A stretch of 64,000 bases of DNA from an uncultured virus (IMG/VR IMGVR_UViG_3300035182_002505) (IMGVR_UViG_3300035182_002505), one strand, 5' to 3'. Positions 21,740-31,628 are shown, counted from the stretch's first letter. Notes: a model not told the origin generated them from the letters alone. Program-made: numbers and translations.

Positions 21740-22245
21740 CAGGTCTGGTCTTTCTTGGGATCGGCCGCACCGTCCTCGGGAAGCGCGGCGGCATCGAAGG
21801 CGGGAGCGCCTGTGGTCTCCGGGGCGGCAGCATGGACCACGGGCGCAGCCGGCGCCATGGGAGCAGCGAGGGCAGCCGGGGCGGCGCCCTGAACGACCGG
21901 GCTGACGGGGTCATCGTTCAGGGTGAGCCCGGTCTTCTTTTCGAGGGCGTACTTGCCGATCCGGTAGAGGAAGCCGGAGAAGAACCCGATCGGCACGCCA
22001 AAGTACATGATCCGACTCGTGGTGGTCTTCAGCTCCGCGGGGAAGTCGAAGCCGGTGGGCAGCAGGACCAGCAGCGCGCCGAGGAGGGGCGGCAGGGACA
22101 CGAGCACGAAGTCGCGCCACCACTTCTTGGTGGTGACGATGGGTGCGACGCTCTCGACGGCTCGGCGGAAGATGTACACGATCACGTAGACCGGCATTCC
22201 GAACATGAAGAGGGGCTTGAGGCGTTCGATGGCATCGTCGATCAT
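21739..22245 (-). CDS. Three-TM membrane protein (holin-like)
   Basis: 3 hydrophobic segments; TAGGCT-N7-ATG. Confidence 0.55.
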   Translation of the reverse strand: MIDDAIERLKPLFMFGMPVYVIVYIFRRAVESVAPIVTTKKWWRDFVLVSLPPLLGALLVLLPTGFDFPAELKTTTSRIMYFGVPIGFFSGFLYRIGKYALEKKTGLTLNDDPVSPVVQGAAPAALAAPMAPAAPVVHAAAPETTGAPAFDAAALPEDGAADPKKDQT

Positions 22246-22316
22246 GCGAGCAAGCCTACCATGCTCGGCCAAGATTCGGCGAATTGGCACCGATGCTGTA
22301 GGTTTGGCGAAAAGCC

Positions 22317-23054
22317 ATGGAGATCGCGAAGTCCAACAAGATCAGCAGCGTCCAGAAGCGAGGTCTGATGCTTCGGCCGACCAAGGAAAACCTCAAGAAG
22401 ATGAAGGCGGAGATCGAAGCGTGGAAGTCCTTTCACGACAACGTCACCGCCTTGTTCGCGAAGTTCGGCCAGAAGGAGGTCTTCGAGTCGATCGAGGCCA
22501 TGAAGGTCTGGTACTGCTGCAAGAAGGGCGTCAACAAGCTCAAGGAGCACCGTGCGACACTGTCTCGCGTGATGCTGCTGGACCCGAAATGGGCGGTCGG
22601 ACTCTATCGCGGGTTGACGGCCAAGAAAGGAACCCCGCTTGCCTCGGTGAAGGTCGGCGACGAGTTCGACCTGCCAACCATCAAAAATGGCGTGTCCTCG
22701 TGGACGACCAGCATCCATCTGGCTGGGTCGTTTGCGAGCGGGTACAGCCAGGCAGGCATCATCGTCGAGCTGATCGACCCGAAGGGTGTCGTTCCGCTCG
22801 TCGCCCCTCCCTCTCATACGGTCGACTTCTTCAACAAGCTCTATCGGGAGCAGGTCGGGTCGAACAGGTACCGCAAAGCCGAGGACGAGTACCTGCTCGC
22901 CTCCAAGAAGACCAGGGTGCGCGTCGTGTGGGTGAAGCCAGCCGAGGCCGTCACCCACGGAGGAGTTTTCTCCGGTTACTGGAAGAAAGGCAAATCGAAG
23001 ACGAAGAAGGTCTCAAAGGGGGCGAAGGGCTCGAAGGCATCGAAGAAGGGCTGA
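22317..23054 (+). CDS. R-S-E class ADP-ribosyltransferase
   Basis: LYRG, SSWTTS..AGSFA, EDEYLL in canonical order. Confidence 0.7.
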   Translation: MEIAKSNKISSVQKRGLMLRPTKENLKKMKAEIEAWKSFHDNVTALFAKFGQKEVFESIEAMKVWYCCKKGVNKLKEHRATLSRVMLLDPKWAVGLYRGLTAKKGTPLASVKVGDEFDLPTIKNGVSSWTTSIHLAGSFASGYSQAGIIVELIDPKGVVPLVAPPSHTVDFFNKLYREQVGSNRYRKAEDEYLLASKKTRVRVVWVKPAEAVTHGGVFSGYWKKGKSKTKKVSKGAKGSKASKKG

Positions 23055-23138
23055 GCGCGTCGTGCCTGGCGCCCGGCCCCGGCCTGGCGCATGCTTGCCT
23101 GGTCTGCTCGCTGCAACACCTCGCAAGGAAGCACCCCC

Positions 23139-23801
23139 ATGAGCGCCGACTCTCTCGTTTCCACCGCCCTCAGCTACCAGAACTTCAGCTACGGGGACCC
23201 CGACAAGCGCCGGGCCTACCTGCTACACCAGTACAACGGCGACGTCGACGACACGGGGGAGCCGACCGCGGCGGCCAAGGAGTTTGGCAAGACGCAGTAC
23301 GGCTGCCTGCTGCACGCTCGCGGGGTCCTGGCCGAGAACCAGGTCGACGGCACCATCCCCTTCCGGGGCAAGCTGGTCGACGTGCTGCGCTGCTCGTACC
23401 GGGTCCCCTACCTCGGACTGGTCGAGACGATGCTGCAGGAGCTGGCCAGGGCTCGCGGCCTGCTGGTGATGCACACCGACCAGGAGAGCATTGCTGACGT
23501 CCAGCCCGCTGACCTGCTGGTCATCGGCGAGGGTGGCCAGGCGCCGGCGGACCCCGCACAGCGCCAGGTGTGGCTGGCTAACGCGGGTGGCGTCGCCCAC
23601 GGCGTGTTCGTCACCGGCGTCGACGGCCAGACGATCGAGAGCGTCGATGGTGGTGGCATTGACCCACTAAACTCCTGTCACGGGTCTCTCATCAGGCGGT
23701 GTGTGCGTACAGTGGGCGTGAGGAACGGGAAACTGTGGCTAAACGATCGCCGGATCTCTTGGCGTCTCCGGTGCGCGGATCTTCCGGTGATCCAGAAGTG
23801 A
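23139..23801 (+). CDS. CHAP/NlpC-P60-like cysteine hydrolase
   Basis: YGCLL, QPADLLVIG, AHGVFV..ESVDGG. Confidence 0.55.
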   Translation: MSADSLVSTALSYQNFSYGDPDKRRAYLLHQYNGDVDDTGEPTAAAKEFGKTQYGCLLHARGVLAENQVDGTIPFRGKLVDVLRCSYRVPYLGLVETMLQELARARGLLVMHTDQESIADVQPADLLVIGEGGQAPADPAQRQVWLANAGGVAHGVFVTGVDGQTIESVDGGGIDPLNSCHGSLIRRCVRTVGVRNGKLWLNDRRISWRLRCADLPVIQK

Positions 23802-23967
23802 GGCCCAGGGATCGTCGATATTTCTGCCCGTGCATTCCCGTGGGGAGAGGACCTTTTTGGAAGGCATGCTCGAAACTGTACCCTCGTTTCAGGCGGGCCC
23901 AAGCCGTCTCCCGCCTAACGCCATGATCCTCGGCCCACTGGGCAATCGTCTTCCGATCACCACCGTG

Positions 23968-24483
23968 CTAGACGAAGACGCTTGTTGACTGGTTTCTAGC
24001 TTGTTCTTTGGGGCTGGCCCAACGGCAATTTCCTGGTTCGTAGTTCCCGTCGTTGTCGATGCATTCGATGGAGTGATCGCGATCTGGCTTCGCTCCCATG
24101 TCCGAGAGGAAATCCTCGAAAGATGACCTCCACCTTTCGCAAACCTTGATACCACGTCCACCATACCTTGGATATTTTTCTCTTTTTGTATTTGTACACC
24201 GTTGCATCATGTCCGCCCACGAGGTGTACTCGCCCGTTCCCTTAGCCCCATGGGTTCGGTTCTTTTTGCCAACGATGATGATATGGTTTCTGGCCAAGCA
24301 TCCACATGATCTCTTGGTGCCGTTTTGCAATCTTATGCGAGGCACGTCCAGCACGGCGCCGCATTCGCATCGAACCTGCCACCAGAGGCGGATCTGGTCA
24401 CGGACCTTGCCGTGGATCTCTCGCAACGCCGTCAATCGACCAAACACGGATCCGACAACAACATCAGGGTGCGAGTTTCTCAT
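23968..24483 (-). CDS. Free-standing HNH homing endonuclease
   Basis: FGRLT, CECG, SCGC, YGGRGIKVCERW, SIECIDNDGNYEPGNCRW; low GC. Confidence 0.88.
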   Translation of the reverse strand: MRNSHPDVVVGSVFGRLTALREIHGKVRDQIRLWWQVRCECGAVLDVPRIRLQNGTKRSCGCLARNHIIIVGKKNRTHGAKGTGEYTSWADMMQRCTNTKREKYPRYGGRGIKVCERWRSSFEDFLSDMGAKPDRDHSIECIDNDGNYEPGNCRWASPKEQARNQSTSVFV

Positions 24484-24534
24484 GTGTTGATGGTGACACA
24501 CAAATGCGGTCAACGCAACGGAAGTGAACGAACG

Positions 24535-24603
24535 AACTGGCTCGGTGGCCGGCGGATCACCTGGCGCCTGCGGTGCGTTGACCTGCCGCTGATCGGCGGC
24601 TGA
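24535..24603 (+). pseudogene. Displaced original 3' end of the 23139 hydrolase gene
   Basis: NWLGGRRITWRLRCVDLPLIGG* vs LWLNDRRISWRLRCADLPVIQK*. Confidence 0.8.
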
Positions 24604-24644
24604 TTCGGGACCGGGCGACAGCGGCGCGTGGTAGCCTGGCCGCC

Positions 24645-25211
24645 ATGGATGGCACCACAGCCGCAAAGCGAATCATCAAAATCCTGGGCCCACGAGGTAT
24701 CGGCGGGCACCCGCTAGCTGATTTTGCCGGGATTCACGCGACCTGGCAGGACGCCTGGGCGACTTGCCAGCTGCCCGGGAACATGCTCGAGCTGCTGATC
24801 GAGACGAACAAGACCCGGCTGTCGGCCGGTCACCGGGAAGCGACGAAGCTGATGCTCGACGTGATCGGCCTGGCGAACGACAAGATCACACCCGAGAGCA
24901 AGAAGGACCTCGAGGTCTGGGCGAGGTACGCGGCCGGCGATCTGGCCGTATCCGAGATGGACCTCTACGAGGCCTGGAGCCGCGTTCACCGCCGGCTCGA
25001 CCACAGCAGCCTGATCGACCCTGAATATTTCGTCTACAGCGCCCTCGGAGCGCTGAACTTCACGCCGACCTACGCCTCGATCATGATCGGCGAGTTGTGC
25101 GAGATCATGACCGGAAAGTGGTGTAGCCCGGACGTTCACCAGCAAGTCCTCGCGAAGATCCTGTCTGCCTACCCGACCGCCCCCTCCCTGATCCCGGCCG
25201 CCGCGACCTAG
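24645..25211 (+). CDS. Hypothetical protein
   Basis: GC3 bias; TAGCCT-N7-ATG. Confidence 0.65.
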   Translation: MDGTTAAKRIIKILGPRGIGGHPLADFAGIHATWQDAWATCQLPGNMLELLIETNKTRLSAGHREATKLMLDVIGLANDKITPESKKDLEVWARYAAGDLAVSEMDLYEAWSRVHRRLDHSSLIDPEYFVYSALGALNFTPTYASIMIGELCEIMTGKWCSPDVHQQVLAKILSAYPTAPSLIPAAAT

Positions 25212-25627
25212 CGGGCAGCGGGGTCGCGCACGCAGGACGGCCGGATAGGGTCGCACAGCAGCCGATCGACCTTCGCTTCGCCGTCCTGCTCGACCACGAC
25301 AACCGAGCAGGGAACCTGGCCGGAGGTGTCGGGCAACGCCTGGCACTCGACGCCGACGACATGCTTCGCGTGCTCGGCGTAGAAATCGCGAGCACTACGC
25401 TCGACCTCTGCCCGGTCGACCAGGTGAACATGAGTCTCGCCCAGGGCCAGCACGAAGAGAGCCAGTGTCGTGAGACCGGCCGAGAGGATCACGGCTGCGT
25501 CGAACGAGTCCGTGCCCGATCGCGTCCGCGGCTCCGCGTCGGGGTGGTCACGTAGCCCGTCACGGATCAGCACGAACCAGGCGAAGGCCGCGATGGCAAC
25601 AAAGGCGAGGATGTCGAGGATCTTCAA
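25208..25627 (-). CDS. Two-TM hypothetical protein
   Basis: TTG start overlapping upstream TGA; hydrophobic segments; 4 Cys. Confidence 0.5.
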   Translation of the reverse strand: MKILDILAFVAIAAFAWFVLIRDGLRDHPDAEPRTRSGTDSFDAAVILSAGLTTLALFVLALGETHVHLVDRAEVERSARDFYAEHAKHVVGVECQALPDTSGQVPCSVVVVEQDGEAKVDRLLCDPIRPSCVRDPAAR

Positions 25628-26031
25628 GGTGCAAAAATCTCGTCCCAGTAGGCTTTCCAAAGGAACGTCGCGCCGACAACAGCGCCAAGAATCGCCGTCG
25701 ACGCGCCAACGTTCACCAACCGCTTGGGGTCGAGCAGATGCTTGTTCCTGCTTGCCTTGGGCGGCTTGGACGGCTTGGGGAAGGGATCACGCCAGGGTCG
25801 CTTGCCGATCGATTGTACCTTGCGGGCGAACAGGTCGACAGCAGCCTTCCCCTTGGCCGACAGCCGATCCGTGGTGCGGCGGTCACCGAACGAAGGGCGG
25901 ATGCGCAGAGCATACTTCCGCCCATCCTCGGCCTTCACCCCGATGAAAACCGCCTTGCCCACCGGGTCGTCCCACCAGTAGTGGAACGCTTCCACCCTCG
26001 ACCAGCCGAGCGTCTCGACGAGACGCCTCAT
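25624..26031 (-). CDS. Basic hypothetical protein with C-terminal TM
   Basis: MRRLVETLGW..AILGAVVGATFLWKAY. Confidence 0.55.
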   Translation of the reverse strand: MRRLVETLGWSRVEAFHYWWDDPVGKAVFIGVKAEDGRKYALRIRPSFGDRRTTDRLSAKGKAAVDLFARKVQSIGKRPWRDPFPKPSKPPKASRNKHLLDPKRLVNVGASTAILGAVVGATFLWKAYWDEIFAP

Positions 26032-26033
26032 GG

Positions 26034-26294
26034 TCAGACAAAGGACTCCGAAGCGGAAAAATGCATCGCCGAGGCTGCCGGGCCTACGTGGACCTTGTGA
26101 TGCTTTTGCATCTGTTCGACGAAGACACACTAGTCGGCCGAATCGGGTCGACGGTGGATGCAGCAGATGCACGTGACACCGTTTTCCGGGATCGGGTTAT
26201 GAACGTCGATGCCGCATCGGCCAAAGCGGCCGATCAGGCCGTGGCCCCCGTTGACCCAGACGGCTTTCCCGTCCGAGAAAATTTCGCATGTCAT
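26034..26294 (-). pseudogene. Small phage-type gene with in-frame TAG (26130-26132)
   Basis: MTCEIFSDGKAVWVN..IGRFGRCGIDVH..DSAD*CVFVEQM..; final TGA lies 2 nt before next ATG. Confidence 0.6.
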
Positions 26295-26422
26295 TTAAGC
26301 CCTAGCTCCGCCGAGGATGTTGAGCGTGAAGTTGTTCGTTGCGTTCGCCGGGTCGGACTTCTTTGTGTCATTGACACTTTTCGCTTGCCTCACACGAATC
26401 ACATTCGTATCTTCAGGTGCAG

Positions 26423-27658
26423 ATGTCAAGCAAAACGTTTCGACCACCTCGCCGCCCCTGGAACGATCGCGTCGCGTGGCCCGCTGGCGAGGACGTGCTG
26501 CGGAAGAACATGCCGGTACGACTGCGATCGACGGTGTCCTGCGTCGAGCTGCTGCGTACCGTCCCCGGCGAGCATCCAGTCCTCTTCCTGGTGACGCCCC
26601 AGAGCATCACGACCCAGAACCAGGAGTCCGAGGGTATCCCGTGGATGGAAGGGATCGTGTTCACCAAAGATCACGCGCCGCACCGCACGTGGATCCCGCA
26701 GAGCGCCTTTCTCGTCAAGGTCGACCCCCGCTTCCTGCAGCCGAAGTTCCTGGAGCAGGTCATGCCGGAGGGGCTGAACGATCGGCTCTCGTCGGCCTAC
26801 ACAGACCTGCTCCCAATCGTCGCCGGCCAGCCCTACCCGAGCTGGCCCCGGTGGGACGATCTGGATCCTGCGGTCGAGCCGATGCTGGGTCCCTCCCACT
26901 GGATCAAGGAAGTTCACAACACGTACCCCACGGTCAGCAACGCGACCCCGGTCACGGCCGACAACTCACCAGGGGACGACGTGGATACGGTTCCGGATGA
27001 TCTATCCCCTCCCGACGAAGGGTGGATCTTCGAGTGCGACACGGTGACCGCTGACCAGGCGGAGCCCACCGACAACGATCCAATCAAGGTCAGCCTGTCG
27101 CTCGAAGAGAAACTGGTCGAGCTGTTGCGGGCTCGCGGTCCGATTGCTTCCTCCGGTCAGGCAGCCGACCTGCTCGGGTGGGATCGCACCGATGCCTCGA
27201 CGTGGGGCATGATCTGCACCGCACTCACCCAGGTCGCGTCGTTCATCCAGAGGTGCTGGCACCTGCCCGAGCAGGCGGCTTTCGCCCCAGCCGTGCAGCC
27301 AACCTCCAGGGCCCCCGAGCCTCCGCCGCCCTGGCAGATCGACCCCACCCGTGACCGGCTCGCCGAGGCCGGCACCGCCGCCCTGCTCGGGCTCCCCATG
27401 CCAGCCATCCCGGCCGTGGTCGCCGAGTCCATGAAGCACGCGGTCGCCGCCGAGCAGGGATCCGCCGTTCCCACCCGCACCGTGGACACGGTCACCTCGG
27501 AAGTTCCTCCTCCTCGCCCCAGGAAGCCCCGCAAGCCGAAGACCAGCGCCGAATCCGCCCCCGAAGAGGGCGAAGAGAAGCCCGCCCCCACCAAGACCAA
27601 GAAGCCGCCGAAGGACCAGAGCCCGCAGGCCTCGCTCTTCGGCGCCGACGACCTCTGA
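26423..27658 (+). CDS. Hypothetical protein, low-complexity C-terminus
   Basis: Long GC3-biased ORF; start uncertain. Confidence 0.65.
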   Translation: MSSKTFRPPRRPWNDRVAWPAGEDVLRKNMPVRLRSTVSCVELLRTVPGEHPVLFLVTPQSITTQNQESEGIPWMEGIVFTKDHAPHRTWIPQSAFLVKVDPRFLQPKFLEQVMPEGLNDRLSSAYTDLLPIVAGQPYPSWPRWDDLDPAVEPMLGPSHWIKEVHNTYPTVSNATPVTADNSPGDDVDTVPDDLSPPDEGWIFECDTVTADQAEPTDNDPIKVSLSLEEKLVELLRARGPIASSGQAADLLGWDRTDASTWGMICTALTQVASFIQRCWHLPEQAAFAPAVQPTSRAPEPPPPWQIDPTRDRLAEAGTAALLGLPMPAIPAVVAESMKHAVAAEQGSAVPTRTVDTVTSEVPPPRPRKPRKPKTSAESAPEEGEEKPAPTKTKKPPKDQSPQASLFGADDL

Positions 27659-27693
27659 ACCCCATTCGACAGTATCCAGACAGGAAAACCGCC

Positions 27694-28473
27694 ATGCCCT
27701 CCAAAAAGCCTTCGACCAGCACCAGCACCAGCACCAGCACCTCCACGATCAGCACCAGCGAGGCCACGGTCGTTTCGACCGACCCGGTCCGCGACGTCCG
27801 CGCCATCCTGCGTCGGTTCCCCGGGAGCGCGGGAGCGCCCGTGCGCAGCGGCACCAAGAATCCTGTCCGCCCCGACCACGCCATCCTGCTCGAGCGGCTC
27901 GACCTTCTGCAGGAGTGCGTCGTTGCCTTCCGCCTTGTCCTGGGCTCGTCCGCCACGCTCCTCGAGGTCGCCATGCTGCACGACCAGCTCCGGGTCGAGA
28001 TCGAGGCGATCAAGGGGCTCTGCCTCCTGCGGGCTCCGGCGGAGACCCCGCGGGCGAGATCAGTGGCCACCATCTGGCGCCGGCTTGCGCTCACGCTCGA
28101 CGGGCTGCAGACGACCCTGCGTGCCTGCGTCCAGGGTCGCCCGGACAGTTACCGCACCGGCTTGCGGCCGCCGAAGGACAAATTTCTGTTCAGGTCCTGG
28201 AGCGATTTCCACACGTTTGCGACAGCATCGATGGTCGATCACTCGCTTCGCCAGCTCATCGACATCACGCACAAGCTCCGCGCCCGCACCTGCGCCTGCT
28301 GCGCCGGCCTGATCAGCGACCATGGTCCCGGGCTAGCTGACCCGATCATCCCGGTCGCGCCGCCGGTCCCGCCCCCCGCCGCGGTGCAGGTCCAGCAGGG
28401 CCGTTCGAAAAAAACCAAGCCGTCCCGTCCCGACCTGCTCTCGGCTACACCGAAGCGCCGCGGGCACCGCTGA
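27694..28473 (+). CDS. Hypothetical protein
   Basis: RBS AGGAAA, Ser-Thr repeat, CACC motif. Confidence 0.6.
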   Translation: MPSKKPSTSTSTSTSTSTISTSEATVVSTDPVRDVRAILRRFPGSAGAPVRSGTKNPVRPDHAILLERLDLLQECVVAFRLVLGSSATLLEVAMLHDQLRVEIEAIKGLCLLRAPAETPRARSVATIWRRLALTLDGLQTTLRACVQGRPDSYRTGLRPPKDKFLFRSWSDFHTFATASMVDHSLRQLIDITHKLRARTCACCAGLISDHGPGLADPIIPVAPPVPPPAAVQVQQGRSKKTKPSRPDLLSATPKRRGHR

Positions 28474-28500
28474 ACCGACACACCCAACCAGACGCGCGAC

Positions 28501-29304
28501 ATGCAACCTACCAAGATCGGCGACAAGCCCCTCACCGACCGCGCTCGCGAGCTGCTCCAGCTTTTCCGGGTGAACCCCCAGAACCGTGCCATCTACACCC
28601 GCGATGACGTCGTGCCAGACTGGGCGACCGTGAAGAAGGTTTTTCTGGGCCTCGGCGCGGCATGGAAGAAGGGGACGAAGGCGGCGCCGGCAGGCTTCCA
28701 GTTCCCTGAGGACGTCGACGGTGAGGCGATGCTATCGGTCGCGATCAGCTCCGGGGTCGTATTTGATCACCGTGCTGCCGGCTTCTTCCCGACGCCAGCG
28801 CACCTCGCCGCCCAGATGGCCGAGTACGTCGACCCGCAGCCTGGCCAGAAGATCCTCGAGCCGTCGGCAGGCACTGGCGCGCTGGCTCTTGCAATTCGGG
28901 CCCGCTGCCCGACGGTCTGGATCGACTGTATTGAGCCGGTCGAGGCCAACGTCGTCGAGCTGAAGGTCTTTGGGTTCCTGGTCCGCGCCTCGACTCTGGA
29001 AGAGATGGCGCCCGAAGACCATCTCGGTCGAGGATACGACGGGATCATCGCCAACCCGCCCTTCGGCAAGCGGCTCGAGGTGAAGCACTTTCTGAAGCTG
29101 GTCCCGATGCTGAAGGGCGGCGGGAAGCTCGCCTGCGTGATGCCGGCGAGCCTGTCGTTCCGCGAGGACGATCTGACCGTGCGGGCTCGCCGGCTGATCG
29201 AGCATCACGGCGGTCGCATCGAGCAGAACCCAGAGGGCACCTTCAAACAGGCCGGAACGATGGTAAACACCGTGACGGTGTACCTGACCAAGAAGGTTCA
29301 GTAG
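28501..29304 (+). CDS. N6-adenine DNA methyltransferase (NPPF type)
   Basis: FFPTP, ILEPSAGTG, IIANPPF. Confidence 0.88.
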   Translation: MQPTKIGDKPLTDRARELLQLFRVNPQNRAIYTRDDVVPDWATVKKVFLGLGAAWKKGTKAAPAGFQFPEDVDGEAMLSVAISSGVVFDHRAAGFFPTPAHLAAQMAEYVDPQPGQKILEPSAGTGALALAIRARCPTVWIDCIEPVEANVVELKVFGFLVRASTLEEMAPEDHLGRGYDGIIANPPFGKRLEVKHFLKLVPMLKGGGKLACVMPASLSFREDDLTVRARRLIEHHGGRIEQNPEGTFKQAGTMVNTVTVYLTKKVQ

Positions 29305-29321
29305 GTATCGATCGCCGAAAT

Positions 29322-29349
29322 AAAAAAGCGCCTGGGTTTCCCCAGGCGC
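29322..29349 (-). terminator. Intrinsic terminator
   Basis: GCGCCTGGG-tttc-CCCAGGCGC with A6 on the left (U6 on minus strand). Confidence 0.75.
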
Positions 29350-29471
29350 CTTGTTATTGCTGAACCCAACCGCCTGTTCGTACCACCGACCAGAGACAAC
29401 ACGGTACCCTACCAGGCCTGATAGGCAAGAAAAAAGATCGGGCGGGCGGACGATTTTTAGGAGGCTGAATT

Positions 29472-29756
29472 TCAGGCCTTCCCCCGCGTCTTGTCGCCGA
29501 GCAGGCTGGGGGACACCGACCCGATCACGGCCGGGTTGATCCGGGCGGCCATGGCCTCGAGGAAGGACTGCCGCGCTGCCTGCCCGCCCGGTGTCGTACC
29601 GAAGAGCATCGCCAGCACCGTCTTGATGGTGTAGGCACGGACGCGGGTGCGCTCGACCTCCGGCATGCGGGCCGCCAGCTCTTCGGCCAGCGCGAGCACC
29701 TTGGTCGCGAGGGCTTTGCCGATCGCCTGGGCCGCAAGCCGCTCCGGGTCGGACAT
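29472..29756 (-). CDS. Hypothetical protein
   Basis: TGATG-coupled to upstream gene. Confidence 0.55.
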   Translation of the reverse strand: MSDPERLAAQAIGKALATKVLALAEELAARMPEVERTRVRAYTIKTVLAMLFGTTPGGQAARQSFLEAMAARINPAVIGSVSPSLLGDKTRGKA

Positions 29757-31195
29757 CAGGACTCCGGCAGGACGAGCGGCAGCTTGGCGAACTCGTTGTA
29801 GAGAGAGACGACACCGGCGGTGTACGGACCGAGGGCTGCAGTGAAGTACCCCTGGGCCTGGAGGTCCTTGCAGAACTGCACGGGGTCACCGGCGAGGAGG
29901 GCGGGCCAGGACTGCGAGAACCGCCGGCGGAGGAGCCCGAGGTAGTCGGCGGCACCCTCGTCGATGGTGCGGAAGGCGCGGAAGCGACAGACCGGGTGGG
30001 GAGGGTAGAAGTTCACGATCACGGACACGACCCCGGTCTTCACGCTCTTGGCCTTGAGGATAGCGGAGGGACCCTGGCCGTCTTCACGCGGGGGCGCGGA
30101 CTGGACGGCGGCATCGGCCTGGGCCTGGGTCATGACCTCGTCGCAGGGGAAGAAGCAGTGGTCCATGCTGGCCGAGGCCTTCGCGTTGCCGAAGTTCCAG
30201 GCGTGCATCGACTTGCCCCTTCCGGTCTCGAGGGCCCACTGGGAGAGCAGCAGGCGGATCGGGTCGAGCGAGGGGAGGGGGCTTCCCACGACGCGGGGCC
30301 AGACATCGATCAGCGCCTGCCCGACCTGCAGCGCCGTGGCGGGGGTGAGGTCGGCGGGGAGGCGCTGGGGGCCGGCGAGGACCGATATCGGCGCGGGAGG
30401 GGGGACCACCACGACCGGGACCTCGGGCCCCGCGGGCGCCGGGTCCGTTGGCGCGGTGGGGTCGGCCATGGGGCGGTCGACGGTCGGGCCGATCGCATCG
30501 ACGGGGCCGGCGGGGTAGCCGGCGGGGCCGTAGTCGAAGGCGGGGGGCTTGCCGGCCAGGGTGGGGGTGACGATCTCGCGGATCAGATCGGGCCCCACGA
30601 CCTGAAGCTGGTGAGCATGATCGGGCGCGGTGCCTCCCGGGAAGGCGCGGACGTAGACGCCGCCAATACCGAAGTCGGTCGACCGGGAGGGGCGGGGGAT
30701 CTGCATCGCACCGAGCAGCGCGTCGGCGGTCGCGCGGGTCGACGCGTAGCCGGGGGGCACGATCTGGGTGTGCGAGACGATCAGCGCCTTGTACCCGAGG
30801 GCGCGCCACACATCGCCCCCGAAGTCGATGGCGCCCTGGATGGGGCCGACCTCGGCTTGCTTGTCGGATCCGTCAGAGTGCATCCCGTCGAGGAAGAGCG
30901 CGATGCGAACGCGGGCTCGGTCGTCGGGGTTGCGGAGGTAGGCCCGGAGGGCCCAGCACCCGGCGGAGAACCCAATGAGGACGACGGGCTCACCCTCGAT
31001 CCATTCCTTGTCGAACGCGCGCAGTAGATCGGGCAGGGTGGGGTACTTCGACGCGAAGCCGGTGTGCTCGTCGTACCCGCCGGAGAACTGGCTGCCATGG
31101 CTCAGCACCAGCGAGAGCCTGGCGCCGTGGGGGAGCGCTGCCTTGTAGCGAGGCAGCATCGACGGGTCGGCGTGGAAGAGCAGGACGGCGGTCAC
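29756..31195 (-). CDS. Alpha/beta-hydrolase-like + GH73-like peptidoglycan hydrolase fusion
   Basis: IGFSAG, FLDGMH; Pro linker; QWALETG..NFGN..FRAF..GYFTA. Confidence 0.7.
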   Translation of the reverse strand: MTAVLLFHADPSMLPRYKAALPHGARLSLVLSHGSQFSGGYDEHTGFASKYPTLPDLLRAFDKEWIEGEPVVLIGFSAGCWALRAYLRNPDDRARVRIALFLDGMHSDGSDKQAEVGPIQGAIDFGGDVWRALGYKALIVSHTQIVPPGYASTRATADALLGAMQIPRPSRSTDFGIGGVYVRAFPGGTAPDHAHQLQVVGPDLIREIVTPTLAGKPPAFDYGPAGYPAGPVDAIGPTVDRPMADPTAPTDPAPAGPEVPVVVVPPPAPISVLAGPQRLPADLTPATALQVGQALIDVWPRVVGSPLPSLDPIRLLLSQWALETGRGKSMHAWNFGNAKASASMDHCFFPCDEVMTQAQADAAVQSAPPREDGQGPSAILKAKSVKTGVVSVIVNFYPPHPVCRFRAFRTIDEGAADYLGLLRRRFSQSWPALLAGDPVQFCKDLQAQGYFTAALGPYTAGVVSLYNEFAKLPLVLPES

Positions 31196-31530
31196 CCGAG
31201 CACCGTGCCTCGGGCGAGGGGACGATGCTCGGGGGGAACCGTTCCACCATCGGCGCACAGGACCGATGCACCAGCGACGGGCTCGCGAGCCTCGAAGGGC
31301 TTGGTCGGTGGGGCGGAGGAGCGGAGACGAGGGTCGAATTTCTGGAGAACGGACTCGACGACTCGAGCGGCGGGGGAGTGCTCGGGAAAGCTGGCGCGGA
31401 GGTCGGCGACGAGACGATCGGTGCGGGCCTGGTGGTCCGCAAGGTCCGACTCGGCCTGCTTGCGCTTGGTGATCAGATCGCGGGTCACCTCGGCGGCGGT
31501 CGCCGGGGTCTTGCTTGGTTTCTTGGCCAT
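31192..31530 (-). CDS. Hypothetical protein
   Basis: TATCGT-N6-ATG; GTGA overlap with next gene. Confidence 0.55.
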   Translation of the reverse strand: MAKKPSKTPATAAEVTRDLITKRKQAESDLADHQARTDRLVADLRASFPEHSPAARVVESVLQKFDPRLRSSAPPTKPFEAREPVAGASVLCADGGTVPPEHRPLARGTVLG

Positions 31531-31569
31531 GGCGGAACGATACGCTTTTTTGGCGACGGGCGCAGAACC

Positions 31570-31607
31570 AAAAAGCAAACCCCGCCGAGGGGCTACCTGG
31601 GCGGGGT
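31570..31607 (-). terminator. Probable intrinsic terminator
   Basis: ACCCCGCC..GGCGGGGT stem with A-rich left flank. Confidence 0.55.
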
Positions 31608-31628
31608 CTTGGTGGGTGGCATCATGGG

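Noticed and set aside
23720..24603. Duplicated gene end as a DGR template/variable pair
   Set aside because: Differences are not adenine-specific, many are synonymous, and no reverse transcriptase is in the window.
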